Of a stretch of DNA of 58,446 bases, positions 56,433-58,446 are shown piece by piece. The notes beneath the pieces were generated by a model. The model did no database searches. It was not told the origin of the DNA and saw only the letters and a list, made by a program, of their open reading frames with translations. The first letter of the stretch is position 1. Each line of letters starts with the position of its first letter. The stretch comes from a virus (taxonomy: Duplodnaviria > Caudoviricetes), in IMG/VR virus record IMGVR_UViG_3300020711_000011, positions 1 through 58,446 of that record, one strand, 5' to 3'. Made by a program: the position numbers and the translations under genes.

Positions 56433-57365
56433 TTATTCTACGTCAAAGAAAAATAGTTGAAAAAATCTGGCATTGTTGATTGCATCTCCGAAATATTTGG
56501 TAGCTGCATGAATTCTTTTGGAATTAAAGAGAACCAATCTGTTATAGACATTTGCAACCTCATCCATTAATTCATATTGGGTGCTATCATAGAAGTTTAA
56601 TTCATTGCTAAGACCTTTAAATGTATCATTGAATTCTTTTTGATTTGAATCATCTACATTTTCAAATATTGTAGCACCTGTATACTTGCTCTTATAGAAT
56701 GCAGTTCCAGTATTAACTGGAGCATCTGGAGTTAAAAATACCATTGCTGCGTATGTTTGAGTATCTACATGATACACGATAGGATCTTGTGCTGTACAAT
56801 ATTGAAAAACTCCATTAGCATATCTTGGATGATTCCAATTAGTTACCTTACGACCTATAATCTTTTCAAACTTCTCTTTGGTACCATTCAAAATAAATGC
56901 ATTTCCTTTTGTACGTTTACCTTTATGATAATCAGAATCCTTGTACTCTAAATTATTAATAGCATAATCTCTAATCAAATCTGGATCCGCATAAAAATTA
57001 TCTACAACAATAAGATCTTTGTGATCCCTATTAAATCCAGAATAATACGCGATCCAAAATTTAAATGAATCCAATATCTTAATTAACGTAGTGCTTTCTT
57101 TAAGTTGTATGCTAAAAGGTTTATCAATTTCATTAGCATTGATAGTTATTTTAAATCCTATCATTGTATTGCCTAATAGAGGATACGCATCTTTCACATC
57201 AGTTCTCAGAAATTTAATATATGAAATTTCTCGGGTATCAATTACAAACTTTTCTATTTCTCTATAAATATTAAAGATCCAACCCTGTATTTCATAGGTA
57301 TCTTTATTCTGATGAACTTTATCGACATACATCCTTGTAGACGCATCAAATGTCTCGTGTGCCAT
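56433..57365 (-). CDS. 2OG-Fe(II) oxygenase-like protein (DUF6445-like) with extra N-terminal domain
   Basis: IVVDNFYADPD, HVD, FLTPDAP..GTAFY, YNRLVLF..IH and RFFQLFFF motifs. Confidence 0.75.
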   Translation of the reverse strand: MAHETFDASTRMYVDKVHQNKDTYEIQGWIFNIYREIEKFVIDTREISYIKFLRTDVKDAYPLLGNTMIGFKITINANEIDKPFSIQLKESTTLIKILDSFKFWIAYYSGFNRDHKDLIVVDNFYADPDLIRDYAINNLEYKDSDYHKGKRTKGNAFILNGTKEKFEKIIGRKVTNWNHPRYANGVFQYCTAQDPIVYHVDTQTYAAMVFLTPDAPVNTGTAFYKSKYTGATIFENVDDSNQKEFNDTFKGLSNELNFYDSTQYELMDEVANVYNRLVLFNSKRIHAATKYFGDAINNARFFQLFFFDVE

Positions 57366-57386
57366 ATTTAAAATATTTAAATGTGA

Positions 57387-57971
57387 TTATTTAAAGTGTG
57401 ATCCACCAACCCAAAGAACCAATGACTTTCTTAAGCCTTTTGTAACCGGAGTTACTCTATGTAGCACATAAGAAGGAAATAAGACTCCGACTCCTTTACC
57501 TCTTGGACCTTGTTTCGGTTCATTTCCACCAAACCAAAGTTCTAAATCTCCACCTTCGTATTCTTCGGTATCACTCATTTGAACGGTGATCGAAATTTTA
57601 CGATGTGACATATTACCTGGTCCACAATCCATGTGCCATGTGTAATGTCCACCTTCTTCTGCATAATATTCAGTGTATTGAATTAATTCAGTTGCAGAAT
57701 ATAGATCAAAATGCCAAATTGCATTATTTGCAGTTGCTGCAAGCTTGGTTAATTTTTCGTATAACCAAATCCATTTTTGATCTTTTGGAATCCATTTAAT
57801 TCTAGAACTTCTAATTTCTTTACTGCTTTCTTCTCCTTCATCGCCAAGCTTTGCTTTGGCTGAAGATACTACAGCTAAATCTTTTTCAATTTTATCTAAT
57901 TCAATATCAGTGAAGATATTGCTATACCAGTAATAATTATCTGGTGTGTTGTGTGGTTGAACGTATTGCAT
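57387..57971 (-). CDS. 2OG-Fe(II) oxygenase, prolyl-4-hydroxylase/PKHD-like
   Basis: WHMD, YEGGDL, FPS..LHRVTPVTKGLRKSLV motifs. Confidence 0.92.
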   Translation of the reverse strand: MQYVQPHNTPDNYYWYSNIFTDIELDKIEKDLAVVSSAKAKLGDEGEESSKEIRSSRIKWIPKDQKWIWLYEKLTKLAATANNAIWHFDLYSATELIQYTEYYAEEGGHYTWHMDCGPGNMSHRKISITVQMSDTEEYEGGDLELWFGGNEPKQGPRGKGVGVLFPSYVLHRVTPVTKGLRKSLVLWVGGSHFK

Positions 57972-58002
57972 ATTATAATCTTTAGTAGTTTATTTATCAC
58001 AA

Positions 58003-58036
58003 TAAAAAAGAGCTCAGCCTTTTGGACTGAGCTCTT
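58003..58036 (-). terminator. Rho-independent terminator
   Basis: AAGAGCTCAG...CTGAGCTCTT followed by TTTTATT. Confidence 0.85.
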
Positions 58037-58070
58037 AGTTTAAGCTTATGGCTTGTTATTTATATTGAGA

Positions 58071-58445
58071 TTAACTATTTTGTTTATTCTCAAGTTCTTC
58101 AACTTTAGCCGCAAGTGCTTTGATACCTTCGATTAACAATGGTACGATTTTTTCGTATTGAACCGTAATGTAGTTTTCACCACTAATACTGTTTCCATTT
58201 TCATCGGTATCGAATGGAGCAGCTTTGATAATCTCAGGCAATACTGCTTGGATTTCTTGTGCGATAACTCCGACATGTTTATTTGTGTCAGTGTAACCGA
58301 ACTGAGCCGCTAATTCGTTAGGCGTATAATAAACACCATTGATAGATTTGATCTTATCAAGTGCATCTACGATATTACCAAGGTTGTTTTTCAATCTGGC
58401 ATCTGAGTAGTATGCGATGATATCACCTGTTGCAGTGATAGAACC
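58071..58445 (-). CDS. 3' end of a tail fibre gene with intramolecular chaperone (peptidase S74) domain; runs off the window
   Basis: Frame continues upstream as GSITATGDIIAYY-SDARLK; GVIAQEIQAVLPE and VQYEKIVPLLIEGIK. Confidence 0.9.
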   Translation of the reverse strand, partial: GSITATGDIIAYYSDARLKNNLGNIVDALDKIKSINGVYYTPNELAAQFGYTDTNKHVGVIAQEIQAVLPEIIKAAPFDTDENGNSISGENYITVQYEKIVPLLIEGIKALAAKVEELENKQNS

Positions 58446-58446
58446 G

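Noticed and set aside
146-56951. Many short plus-strand and nested ORFs in the track (e.g. 146..415, 21403..21720, 32261..32572, 40087..40476, 32088..32462)
   Set aside because: Shadow frames of well-supported genes with no motifs; the Q/V-rich 32088 ORF is just the shifted frame of the SGT repeat
58071-58394. Stand-alone 107-aa protein starting at TTG
   Set aside because: The frame stays open to the window edge and includes the SDxRLK autocleavage motif, so it is the end of a longer fibre gene
1-58446. Stop-codon reassignment (as in some Bacteroidota megaphages)
   Set aside because: Code 11 gives full-length, tightly packed genes; TAG (1048, 29116, 43852, 51187) and TGA (30372) act as real stops
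1-58446. tRNA genes or CRISPR arrays
   Set aside because: Intergenic gaps are short and explained by promoters and terminators; I saw no cloverleaf or repeat-spacer periodicity by eye (tRNAscan not run)

Overview
This window is a 58.4-kb segment of a large, AT-rich, T4-like (myovirus) jumbo phage using the standard genetic code, with nearly all genes on the minus strand. The host is probably a Bacteroidota bacterium, judging from TAnnTTTG-type promoters, SD-less gene starts, a Bacteroidia-type bS21 and a lipoprotein. From ~1 to 38 kb it carries gp32 SSB, a RuvC-like resolvase and a tail/baseplate/neck module (gp5, gp6, gp25, gp53 and gp13-like proteins, two collagen-repeat fibres and a Hint-domain protein), with an amidoligase and ribosomal protein bS1 embedded. 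From ~38 to 54 kb lies an accessory/host-takeover region: dCMP deaminase, UvdE, RNase HII, PhoH, bS21, a J-protein, Hsp20, three UVR-motif mini-proteins, a 3'-5' exonuclease and an ATP-grasp ligase. The end holds a glycosyltransferase/2OG-Fe(II) oxygenase cassette and a partial S74-chaperone tail fibre. The most notable signals are: (1) a shared T4-like capsid-targeting N-terminal peptide on several unrelated proteins, including enzymes; (2) a UVR-motif/J-protein/Hsp20/bS21 proteostasis-translation cluster; (3) three promoter classes readable from sequence, one copy of which is an orphan antisense promoter firing into a G-rich tract (candidate R-loop origin); (4) a sigma54-like element plus palindrome before hsp20. 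All calls come from reading motifs by eye; no database searches were run.
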